Shown here one piece after another: positions 25,201 to 37,329 of a stretch of 64,000 nt of DNA; position 1 is the stretch's first letter; the number at the start of each line of letters is the position of its first letter. Location of the stretch: positions 67,955,872 through 68,019,871 of the forward strand of contig NC_057718.1 in assembly GCF_004010195.1 (NCBI RefSeq), written 5' to 3'. A program made the translations under genes and the position numbers. This DNA comes from Chiloscyllium plagiosum (lineage: Eukaryota). The notes beneath the pieces are model-generated. The model was not told the origin of the DNA. It was given only the letters and a program-made list of their open reading frames with translations, and did no database searches.

Positions 25201-26083
25201 TGAAAGCACAAGGAATAATCATGAAAGTTGTCTGTTAACATTTATAGTTTAAATGAATTGTCCAGCTTATCTGATACCTTGCTGGACTGGGACCTGACTT
25301 GAGCCCAGGACATTGAACTCCATACCATTTATTTTGCAAACCTTTGTGGAAACTTAACATATGGCCAATTGGTAAATAAAATTGAGAATTGTAACTTGAA
25401 TTGTGTTTGTTCAGCGAGTGTGGCCTTTTCCAACACCCGTTGCAGTTGAGTTCTTCCATTGTACTAACATGCAATGACTGCATTCCAGTACAGATTAGAA
25501 TGTTCTGTCACATTTCATTGGATACATTATTTGGATACATAAACATTAACATCTTTACAGGTCAGTCCTTGGATTTATGACTTTTAAGTGGTAATGTTCA
25601 TTCTAAATAATATCAAGTTTGAGAATCAGTTAAGTAGTCATGGAATGAAAAATGATTCTACAATATAAACACTACCGAAGATAGCTTCCATGTTATGTAT
25701 GATTTAAGGGTTATGATTAGGCCCAAGACTAGACAGAGGTTCAAATCTATCAGGCAGTTTAAAACAAATCTGTGCTGATGCTTTAACTCTGCCTTTACTA
25801 TGATTATGTTTGAACTGCAAAGTCACAGGTATAATAACCAGAAACAAGATTGTTTTCATTTTAAAAAACCACAAATAGTTTAGTCTGTTATTGAATGGAA
25901 ATAAATTCAAAAACTCAATATTTTGTAAAGGACCTAGCACTTTCATATGGTGATGTAAAAGGTCACAAGTGTCATAAAATATTAACTGACCATGTCATTT
26001 CATACTTTCTGTTAGATTATTGGCATTCTTACATTGTGTTGTTGTCTAAATATGCACCTAATTGTGACTTTTTGTTTTGCTAG

Positions 26084-26324
26084 GATTTATCTGGATCCAT
26101 CGACGATTTACCAACAGGGACAGAAGGTACACTAAGTTCTGGAGTGAGTGCTTCAGGATCCTCAAGTGGCCAAGGAGAACCAAGTAATCCTGCACAATCT
26201 CCCTTCTCCCCTCATGCTTCTCCTCACCTGTCTGGTATCCGGGGCCCCTCCCCCTCTCCAGTTGGTTCTCCTGTTGGAAGCAATCAGTCCAGGTCTGGAC
26301 CCCTGTCCCCAGCAGGTGTACCAG
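26084..26324 (+). CDS. arid1b: ARID1B internal coding exon (241 nt, phase 0 to 1), [15 protein letters not shown]...[10 protein letters not shown](G)
   Basis: Acceptor ttttgttttgctAG with CTAAT branch-like motif at about 26058; donor CAG|GTAATT. Translation [76 protein letters not shown] matches the conserved ARID1 N-terminal block. [14 protein letters not shown] and [10 protein letters not shown] are ARID1B-type, as recalled from the human proteins. Confidence 0.93.
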
Positions 26325-26654
26325 GTAATTGTATATTTTGTTTTGGGTAGATGTTCTAGAATAATAGAATGGTCTTTTTGTACAGTAACATTTGGCCTTT
26401 GAAGTTTGTGTATTGTTCTTTTTCATATGCTCCACCTCGTCTAATCTCTAACTCCTACTTGCTTTTGTTATTTCTGTTCTTCATACATCTGCTTAAATTC
26501 TTTTCAAAAGAATATCTGGCTGTTTTATCAAAAGTTTCATTCAGAAAAATTATACAATGTTATTCTGTGTAAGCATATTTTTATACTTCTCAAGTTTTTA
26601 TTCTGAATATCTTAATTTTATACCAATTATTCTCCAGTTTACCAATTGGGATAT

Positions 26655-26778
26655 AAGCAGAAAGTGCTGGAGAAAGTTTAAGGCTGGAGTCATCCATGGT
26701 TAACGGATTCGAAAGAAGAGTCAAATTGGTCTTGTAATAGTAACTCTTTTTTTTGAGTATTTCCAGCACTTTCTGTTT
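26655..26778. repeat. Old fold-back Penelope-like remnant
   Basis: aagcagaaagtgctggagaaa is inverted to atttccagcactttctgtt; similar to the termini of 3143-3430. Confidence 0.55.
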
Positions 26779-27890
26779 TAATACCAATCATTGGAAATAT
26801 TCTATCACTCTTAATTTTAATTATCCCTTGTAATCTTTAAGAAATCTATTGGGCTACTTCTTAACCTGTTCAGCTGTTGTAAAAAAATTTCTCAACTATC
26901 TCCTCTTAACTCAATCATTCAGGTAACATTCGTGTTACTGAACTTTTTCTGTTGCTTTTGCATCCTTCTTATAGTGGATAAAGAGCATACGGGCTCTGGT
27001 TGCGAACGGGTTCATAAGTACAGAAAATGTTTGTATGTTGGGCCTTTAAAATTACATCCTTGTATGAGATTGTGTTTATAAATATGAGCATTTGTTAAGT
27101 TGGACATTCATAAATCAGAGACTCCCTGTACAATACTTCAGCTGTCACATGAGAGATTTAAGTTCAGTACTGACTCTTCCCTTTTGTATTATGTGCCCTT
27201 GAATATAAAACAAAGGATTTTATTTGTTTCCCTCGTACCTGTTTATCCTGCCAACTTTAATGATCTACACACCAACGATCAGCTCTTGCATTGTTTTTCT
27301 TTCCTTAGTCTTACTCCCATGATGTATTATTATGACACAGACAGCAGGCCAAATCAAATCATCCTCCCTATCTGTGGATTTGCAACATATTAAAATTAAA
27401 ATTTTAATAAATGTTCAATTTCCCTCAGTTGTGCAATTGTTCCTCACCAAACTTTACAAATTTAAATTGGCAATTTAGCATTAATAATGTCACTTTAGCA
27501 GACCATGGATAAGCAACAAGGCAATCTACTCAATATCAATGAACCCAACCCCCTCTGCACTCTTGTAGACAGACAGACACAGTTAAGGGACCACTTTAAA
27601 AAAAAATTGTAATTGTCTTGTTCAATGTTTTCGTAATAGGTACCAAACCTTCATAAATCTTGGTTAATGGAGATGTTCACAGGCAAGTAAACTGTAAGTC
27701 TTGCTTGAATTCCAAAGTCACTGATTCACGCAAACAGCTTCCACAGATCACTGGATGCTTCTACATATGTCTCATAGTTTGTGGATCTTTTCCCAAACCT
27801 TTCATAAACTCGATAACTGGATATAAACTAGAAAGCAACCAAAACTCCGTTCAGCACCTTTACAACCACACTCTCTTCTGACCAAAACAA

Positions 27891-28250
27891 AGGGAGGTGA
27901 TGGCCTAATGGTATCATCTCTAGACTGTTGATCAGGAGAGCTAGGTAATGTTCTGAGGATTTCAAGTTTGAATCCTGCCGTGGCAGATGGTGGAATTTGA
28001 ATTCAATAATCATCTGGAATTAGAGTCTAATGATAACTGTGAAAATATTGTAGATTGTAAGAAAAACCCCATTTAGTTTACTAATGTCCTTTAGGGAAGA
28101 GAACTATTATCCTCACTTGAACTGGCCTAAATATGACTGCAGGTCCACAGTAACATGGTTGACTCTTGACATGTGTCTTGGGCAGTTAGGGATGGACAAT
28201 AAATGCTGGCCCAGCAAGCCATGTCCATGTCCTGTGAATGAATATAAAAG
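27891..28250 (+). mobile_element. tRNA-derived SINE with CR1-like tail (family B)
   Basis: Head gggaggtgatggcctaatggt, B-box-like gtttgaatcc, tail gggcagttagggatggacaataaatgctggc; other copies at 34826-35160 and 61410-61690 (minus). Confidence 0.75.
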
Positions 28251-29929
28251 AAACCGAGACCAAACCAGTTCAAACTGTCTTTTTCGAACATTCTTTGTGA
28301 CTGGCAAATCAGCACAGTTCCGCCCTTAATCCATTCCGTGTCTAACAGGCTGCCAATCCCTGAGCGTATTGATACTGAAAAGTCTGTTGTGTTCTGAGAG
28401 TAGCAGTCAACCCATAATTATCTTTTCAGGCCAGTTCCTGTAAACACACATCCGTTTTTTTTTTGTTCTATCTTCCTTTCCAAAACATTTTGGTGGTGAA
28501 AGCTCAAAGTTTAACTTCAACTTTCAGTTCCAAACCAAACATGAAAAAAATAAAATAATGAAGGTCTCAATTTTTAATGTCTTTTTATAACTATTGGTTT
28601 TTCTGCTATAATGCTTTTAAAGTAGGCCTGAAGCTTTGCCAGAAATATAAGTGATCTAATTATTGCCCAATAAAACAGCATATAGCTCCTTTAAAGGCAT
28701 AAATCATTTCCAGAACCTACAGTGAATTTATGGTAAAATGTTAAAAATATATGCCTCACCTGTTGTACAATATATACAAAATTATGTCATTTCTAAAATG
28801 GTTACTTTCTTAACAAAAATATTAACACAGATGCTACTTTTTACATTATTTAATATTTATTGCAGCATTTTCAAATATACAGATTAGACTAGAAACTCCT
28901 GAGGATCTTAATACGTGTGTATTTTCTAGATGACATTTGATTCAAAGCCCAAGACCTAAGTCCAAATCCATAAAACATTCTTGTTTTTTGGTTTGTTTTA
29001 ACTTTGATATGCTTTGGCTAACTTTTCTTTTCAAAGGAACATGCATTGTTTTGTACCTAATTATCTCTTCCCTGGTTACCTTCCATTAATCTCTTAATAC
29101 TTGTCAAGCCTTTTCTAAGCTATCTGTACCTGGTCTCTTCTTAAATCACTGCAATTAGTTTTCCTGCCTTGAGCATTTGTATTCAGTTTTTCTGGACTCT
29201 TCCCATAATTATTCGAAATCAAGTAATGTTATGGCCACTGTTCACTAAATGATCTTGTGGTGTAACACACTCCATCAGACCTGCAGTATTTCCCAGGACC
29301 AGGTTCAAAACTATTTCCTTTCTTGTTTGATGAAAAACGTATTTGATGAGAGTTTTCCTGTAGTCATTGGAGATTTCTTTCCTCTACCTTTAATAGTATG
29401 ATGTTTTCCAGTCACTATTAGGATGATTAAAATCTTCTGATGCCGTATTCTATTTGCACACTTTTGTCAACTATCTGGTCAACTATCTCCTTTTCACTGT
29501 AACAACCTGGCAGCATAATAACAACTTCCTCTGTGCTCTCAAGCCAAATACATTCAGTCCTGGAACCATCCAGGATATCCTTTTCTATTGCAAACTGTAA
29601 CATCATATTTAATTAATGTAGACTTGACTTTCTGCTTTTTTCCTTCTCTGTTGGTCCTGAGTGTTTGATAGCTAAGAATTCCCTATTTACTAGCATTGAA
29701 ACTTCGAAATTGAGCTTTGATGCTACTGCTACAAACATGGCCACCCAGGAGGTATTAAGTGTACTGGAGATTCTGCAAAGAACAGAATCAGCATGCAACA
29801 AGTTCCAACTAGCCTACTATTGCAGTCAATCTGCTAACTCTAAATCACTCAGACCCCAATCACTAAAACCTTTATTAAAGCTTATAAGAAGGCAGCACAT
29901 TTAAAACAATCCAGTCAGTCCAGTTTTCC

Positions 29930-30880
29930 CAGTCGATCTCCATAGCACTGCAAGATTAGTCTGCACTCACGCCCATCCAATTTTATTTTGAAATCATTCA
30001 ATGTCTCTGTTTCCACCACCCTAATTGTGAGTTTCAGATCATTATCACTCTCACGATGTAAAAATGTTCTTCATTACATCCTCTTGCATCGCTTGTGCTA
30101 AACCTTGAATCTGTATCCCCTTAGTTCTTGTACCATCAACCAATCAAACTTCATTGAAACCTGTTCAGCCTCTCCCTAAAGTTCAAACCCATGAACACTG
30201 GCAACATCCTTGTAAATCTTTTCTGGACCCTTTCAAGTTTCACAACATCCTTCCTATAGCAAGGAGACCAGAATTAAATGCATTATTCCAAACGTGGCCT
30301 AACCAATGTCTTGGACAGCACTATATGAACTCCCAACTCCTATCCCCAATGCACTGACCAATAAAGATCCTGAACGTCTTAGATTTTATTCAAGGCATAT
30401 TGATTAATTCAAGTGGGGAATATTCCATCATATGTCTTTAAGGTGGTGGACAGGTTTTGAGAAGCAGGAGATGAGTCATTCACCACAAAATCACCACAAC
30501 TGAGTTTCTGATGAGTGGTGAATCCCAGGAGCTTAGAAGGATGATCAAAACTTGCGGAATATTAAGAGATGTGTGTAAAGTGGATGTGGAGATGATGTTT
30601 CCACTAGTAGGAGAGATTAGGATCTGAGGACACAGCCTCAGAGTGAAGAACTGAGATGAGGAATTTCTTCAGAGGCTGGTAAATCTGTGGAACTCATTGT
30701 CGCAGAAGAATGTGGAGGCTGAGTCATTGAGTGTATTTAAGACTGAGATAGGTTCTTTATTAGTATGGGGATCAGAGTTAAGGGGAGAAGGCAAGAGAAT
30801 GGAGTTGTGGAACATACCAACCATGATCAAATGGCGGAGCAGATTTGATGGGCCAAATTGCTTAATTCTGATGGTCTACG
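29930..30880. mobile_element. Mixed CR1-type fragments in both orientations
   Basis: 30200-30365 matches 20790-20960; 30530-30880 is a + strand 3' end. Confidence 0.7.
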
Positions 30881-33800
30881 ATGAGCAACTCAGGACTGGT
30901 AATGACTTTGAGGAGAAGTGTTTGGATATTCCTTTATTGAAGATGGTTATTGCCTGCTACTTTTGTGTGACACGGATTCAAGTAATCAAGTTCAAAACTG
31001 TAACTTAGGTTCCAGTCAGCTGAAGGTTTGAACTCATAGGTACAACCCAGATAAAATTAAAATTCATAGATCATGTACTATTTTAAATGTTAATGTACAT
31101 AATCCTATTTATGTGCTACCATAAACTTGGATATTAATTTCAATTTTAAACCCAGTTGTTTCAAACCAATGCATACCTTTGTTCATTAGCAATGTAAAAT
31201 ATGTTAATGATAGAATTAATGATTTATTGTTTAAAGGAAGGCTTTCGTTCTGTTCAAGTTATTCATAATGACATTTTTAAAAAAACATCTATTTGACAGG
31301 TTTGAGGTGTTATATTTTTCTCCCAGTTGTTTTTAGAAATGTACAACTCTCAAGTAGTCTTAATCAACCCTCTTTGCATTTGATCAAGAATTAAGCTTAT
31401 ATTTTATGTTAATCTGAAAGAAATTCAAGATTATTACTGAGCAGAAAAGCATGAGCTCAGTAACTTTAGATTTTTTTTTAACATTGGGAATATTGATTTG
31501 TGTGCTTGTGATGGATTGTGGATAGGATTTTCTGACAGTGTATTTATGTAGCAGCCAATACACACTATTAACAATGAGACTACCCCAACTAGATTGACTT
31601 GCCATTGATGTAAAAGTCAGAACTAAAAAGTCTGCATCCTGACACTATATATTTGCATTGCTATTTTGTGAAAATCAAATTCCAGCAAGCCCAAATAATT
31701 AGTGTACTAATGTTAGCTTTCGTCCATTTAACTTTATGCCTTTGCTTGGTAATTTTAAAAATCTAATTAACAGTCTTGTGCAAATAAAAATAAAACACAA
31801 TTAATTTGCCTGAAAAAGAAATTAACTGTTGGAGTTGCAGTAACGTATATGCTTTTGTTTCTCTATACAAAGGCATTGTTTCTTTTTTTTTTGGTTTTAT
31901 TTTAGACAGCATTACAGTCAAGTTTGTTTTGTTTTGGAAGGAATCTATGCTCAAGAAACTGTTCATTGTCTTAAATATCTCAACTTGATTCACTTTATTT
32001 GATGCTGGTAAAGTTGTACAGACTCAGTGATTAGTAACAAAATAAACTCAAATACCCTGAAACAGACCCAGAGAGGTGAACTTTCAGGCATTAGCCTAAT
32101 CATCGCAGTTCAGCAATGTTGTATAGACACTACCTTAGAATCCTCTGCATGTAGAACAGACTCTCCATAAGATATATTGGAGTAGAATTAGGCCATCTGG
32201 CTGATCAAGTCTGCTCCACCATTTGATCATAGGCTGATAATGTTTCTCAACCCCATTTTCCTGTCTTCTCCCCAGAACTCCTGATTCCCTTACAGTCAAG
32301 ACCCTATATTTAATACACTTAATTATCTTAGTGTCAAAAGCCTTCTGTGACAATGAATTCCACAGATTAATTATTCTCTGGCAGAAGAAATTCTTTCTCA
32401 TCTCTTCACTGAAGTCATCGCTTCACTGAGGCTGTACCCATGGGTCCTAGTGTCTCGTACTAATGGAAACATCCTTCTCCACGGCCATTCTATGCAGGAC
32501 TCTTAGTATTTTGTAAGTTTCAATGAGATTCACCCCTCATTCTTTTAAATTCCATTGAGTACATACCCAGATTCTTCAACTGCTCCCCATATGACAAGTC
32601 CTTCATTCCTCAGATCATTCACATAAATCTCCTCTGGATCCCCTCCAAAGCCAGCGCATCCATCCTTAAATACAAGGCCCAAAGCTGCTCACAATATTCC
32701 GTATGGCGTTTGACCAGAGCCTTATACAGCCTCAGCAAGTACATTTCTACTCTTATATTCTAACCCTCCCGAAATAAGTGCAAACATTGCATTTATCTTC
32801 CTACCAACTGAACCTCCAAGGGAATCCTGTATTAGGACTCCCAAGTCCCTTTGTGCTTCAGGTTTCTGAAGCTTTAACCAATTCAGAAAATAGACTACGC
32901 CTCTATTTTTCCTATTTTAGTGCATCTCACTTTCTCAAATTATATTCCATCTGCCAATTCCATCCTAACTTTCCAAGCCTTTCTGCAGCCTCCCCACCAC
33001 CTCAACATTACCTATCCCAACAACAACCTTTGTCATCTGCAAACTTAGCACCAATGCCTTCAGTTCCTTTATCCAGATCATTAATGTATAACATGAATAG
33101 TTGAGGTCCCAACACAGACGCTGCAGAATTTTACTAGCATCCAGCTGCCATCCCAAAAAAGACAATTTTTTGCCTTCTGCCAGTCAGCAGATACTCTCTG
33201 TGCCAGTATCTTGCCCCTAACATCATAGGCTCTCATCTTGTCCAGCAGCCTCCCATGAGGCACCTTGTCAAAGGCCTCCTGAAAATGCAAATAGATCACA
33301 CTTACTGGCTCTCCTTTGCCTAATGTGCTTGTTACTTCCTCAAAAGATTCTAACATATCTCAGTCTTGACCTCCCCTCGATGAAGCTGTGCTGACTCAGC
33401 CCTATTTTCCCATGCACTTCTAAGTACTCCACAATCTCAACCTTACTAATGGACTTTAGAGTTATTCGTAAGATTTTAAAGTCAGGCTAACCTATAGTTT
33501 TCTATTGTCTGCCTCCCTTAAACAGGTGATTTTCCAGTCCTCTGAGACTTTCCCTGACTCCAGTGATTCTTGAAAGGCTATCACCAATACCACCACAGTC
33601 TCCTCAGCTATCTCCTTCAGAACTCTGGAGTATAGTTGATCTGGCCTGGGTAATTTATCCACCTTCACACCTTTCAGCTTACCTAGAACCTTCTCCTTAG
33701 TCATGGGCATTACACTCACCACTGCTCCCTGTTCTTGAGGTTCTGGTATGCTGCTGGTGTCTTCCACTGTGAAAACTAATGCAAAGTACCTAATCAATTC

Positions 33801-34172
33801 CTTTGCCATTTCCTTGTTCTTCATTACTACTTCTCCAGCTCATTTTCAAGCAATCTAATGTCCTCTTTTATCTTTTATATATCTCAAAAAAGTTGTCATC
33901 TTCTTTTATCTTAGCTTACTATCATAATTCATGTTCTCCCCATGTATTTTTTAGTTACCCCTTTCTGGTTTTTGAAGGCTTTCCAATCCTCTAGCTTCCC
34001 ACTAACCTTCACATTGTATGCTTTTTCTTTTATGCTGTCCTGGACTTGCCTTGTCAGCCAAGGTTCCCTCGTCCTCCCCTTAGCATGTTGTTTCTTCCTT
34101 GAAATGATGTGCTTTCTGAATTATCACAGAAACTCCTACTATATTGTTCCACTTTCTTCCTATTTGGCTCCC

Positions 34173-34382
34173 AAAGCAACTTCACAGAGACTGGTATCTC
34201 ATTACCAAGTCACTCTTTATTTACAGGTGCACAGTACGTGGGCTCTGATCAGCCAGCTCAGAGTCATTCCCAGAATGAATAGTCTCTGTCAGCCAGGGTT
34301 CCCTGGTTGGCCCAGGTTAACAACCCCAATCAAGGATCTTCTAGTCAATGAGATCCACCTGGCAGTCATTCCAGTCACTACA
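34173..34382 (-). mobile_element. Unclassified insertion of about 210 bp in CR1, possibly a solo-LTR fragment
   Basis: Interrupts CR1 sequence (ggctccc|...|cccttccaatc); minus strand starts TGTAGT and contains AATAAA; the other terminus is unclear. Confidence 0.35.
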
Positions 34383-34825
34383 CTGCCCTTCCAATCATTT
34401 CTAGCCAGCCCCTCCTTGATGTCTTTGTAGTACCTTTACTCAATTGTAACTGTTACATCTGATTCCAGCTTCTCCTTCTCCAACTGCAGGGTGAATTCTA
34501 TCATATTATGGTCACTGAACCCTAGGAAGTCCTTCGTCTTGGGCTCCCTAATCAAGTCTGTTTCATTATATATCATCAAGTCCAGAATTATCTGTTCCCT
34601 AGTAGGTTGTAATACAAGCTGCTCCAAAAAAAATTACGTTGGCATTACATGAATTCCTTTTCTTGAGGTTCACAGTCAACTTGATTTTCCCAGTCATACC
34701 GACATATTGGAAACCCCCCTTGCTTATTGTAATTGTGCCTTTTTCACATGCTACTTCTATCTCCTGATTTATTTTCTTTCCAAAACCTTAGGAGGCCTGT
34801 ACACCAGTCCCATCAGGGTCTTTGG

Positions 34826-35160
34826 TTTTTATTCATTCACGGGATGAGGGCGTTGCTATGTAGGCTAGCATTTATTGCCCATCCCTAATTGCCTGGGGGT
34901 AATTATTAGTCAACCACATTGCTGTGGGTCTGGAGTCACGTGTAGCCCAGACCAGGTAAGGCTGGCAGTTTCCTTTCCTAAAGGGCATTAGTGAACCAGA
35001 TGCGTTTTCCCTGAACTGACAATGGTTTCATGGTCATCTTTAGACTCTTAATCTCGGATTTTTTTCTTACTAAATTCAAATTCCACCACCTGCCATGATG
35101 GGTTTCAAACCCAGGTCCCCTGAACATTATCTGGATCTCTGGATTAACAGTCCCATCGTT
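34826..35160 (-). mobile_element. Family B SINE nested in CR1
   Basis: Reverse complement of 27891-28250. Confidence 0.78.
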
Positions 35161-37329
35161 TTGCAGTTCCTCAATTCCTACCCGCACAGATTTCATGTCT
35201 TCCAATTCTATATAACGTTGCTATTAATTTAATTTCATTTCTTAGTAACAAAGCAACCCCACCCCTCTGCCCATCTGCCTGTCCTTTCGATAGGACTCTT
35301 ATCCTTCAATATTTAGTTCCCCGACCTTGATTCCCTTGCAGCCACATCTCTATGATAACTGCAACATTGTACCTGCCAATTTCAATCTGCACTACAAGAT
35401 CATTTACCTTGTTTTGCATGTTGTGTGCATTTAAGTCCAACGCCCTTACTCCTGTGTTGATTGCCATCCTTCTCACATCTGCTGTACCTAAAGTTATGTT
35501 CCTGACCCTTTTCCATATTTCATCCCCCATTACTTGTTCTGGAAACTTTAATGACCTCTGCACCCACCATTTCTGTAATTTTCCATGCCACTGAACCCAT
35601 CCCCCTATATTTTGTTTAAAGCCCTATACACAGCCTTCATCATGCAATTCCCATATGATGCAGAAGGAATAGCGCCCTCTTTCTGCAGTACTGTTGTCAG
35701 TGTCCCAAGAATTCAAACCTATATTTCCCACACCAGTCTCTGAACCACATGTTAATCTTGTTGACCTGTGCCAGTTTGCTCATAGCTCAAGTAGCAATCC
35801 AGAAATTATTACCTTTTTGGTTCTGCGTTTTAATTTAATCCCTAGCTACTGATATTTGTTCAGCAGAACCTCTTTCCACTTTCTACCTATATTACTGGTA
35901 CCTGCATGGACCATGACAACTGGTTCCCCTCCCACTCCAAGTTCTTCAGCAGCCCAGATAAGATATCCTGAAGCCAGCCAGGCAATACCTCCTTTTGGGT
36001 TTCTTGATCCTGGCCACGAAGAACAGTATTTATTCCCCTGACTATATTATCACCGATTGCAACTATATTATACATTTCTCTCCCCTCTTGAGTGGCTTCT
36101 TCTACATGGTTCTATGATCTAGGTAACCGTCTCCCCTCCCTGATGTGTCACAGTATTCAAAGCTCAGATTCCAACTCATCAACTCTGAGTCAGCTTTCCT
36201 GAAATAACCAACACTTCTACAGATGTCAATATGAACCGCAATGAGGTCCACCAGCTCCCACAGGTGCATGTACAACAAATTGCCAGCCTTGCATCTTTAT
36301 TTTATTACTAAATTTATTTTTTCAAATGTTCTTACTGGTTTTTTATTTTGTAATTGATGAATATTTTCCCCATTTGACTTTGATGTGAAAGTAACCTCTA
36401 ATAGTTAGCTACTTATTTGATTATCACCAACTAATTAACTTATGGTTTCTCTGTGATGTCACTCTTTTGTGCTGGGTCCCTGATTCTGGACTTAAATTTA
36501 TCCTGTTTTAAAAGAACTTTACAAACTGTGGGCCAAAAAGAAAATCAAACAACAAGCACCTGTTCCCTCTGCACCAAATGCCCATGCTGCCTCCAAATTC
36601 CCTAAACTATGGACTTACATGGTTTGTGTTTCACTCCAGATGGATCTCTCTCTCTCCTGACCGGGTAAAGCTTATTGATCCATTTCATTTCTGATCTCAT
36701 TTCTTTAATCTGTGTTGAAAAGTAGGTTGAACCACTGTGCCACCTTACGGGTTAAAATTTGCATTCGCAAAATCTGTATTTTGTGCCTTTCATGGGCTTT
36801 TAAACTTCCAAATGGGTTCCGTGGTGTGTGCGCACACATCTAGTTCAAATCATACAGAACAAATGTGGAGAGCATTCACTTGAAGTTTGCAGAGTAGGCA
36901 GATTGTGAAGTTAATTACCTTGCAACACATCTTTCATACTAGAACTGCTGTTCTGGAGCTCAGTGCTTCAGTTGATACTCACGTAATGCCTCGGGACTGA
37001 GCACAAATTCAGCAACAACAAGGATCCCTCATCTCTGCATCCTCCCACCATCTTTGCCAGTTCAATTTGATGAGGTCAACTAGCTGCTAATTTAATTCTA
37101 CTCACTGCTGTGTTTACTGTACAAGAACTTTGAACTTTCTAGGGTTTTAAGTTGCTGAAGTTAACAGAAAGTGATCTGGCAAGTACTGAAGAAGTTATCC
37201 TGACTTTAAAGCTTTAGCAGAAGGTATCAATGCAATAGTCAACAGTCTTCTTGGAATGTAATGTACGATCATTGACCATGCTGGAGAGAAGTGGGAAAGG
37301 GGTTATAAGCAAGATGCCTTAACATTCAA

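Larger units (their letters stand above)
32165..36320 (-). mobile_element. Long decayed CR1-type LINE including ORF1 (SGNH esterase-like) and ORF2 (EN-RT)
   Basis: Colinear minus ORFs: VAIGDNIVRG...LPG (35887-36075), ALDLNAHNMQNKVNDL (EN start), PTREQIILDL...SDHNMIEF, FQEAFDKVPH, FFCQRIINLWNSL. Confidence 0.88.

Noticed and set aside
26311..26330. Alternative donor CAG|GTGTAC 9 nt upstream of the exon end
   Set aside because: Poor match at +4 to +6 compared with CAG|GTAATT; homology supports the downstream donor.
26058..26435. 125-aa minus-strand ORF
   Set aside because: Antisense shadow of the ARID1B exon; no independent coding evidence.
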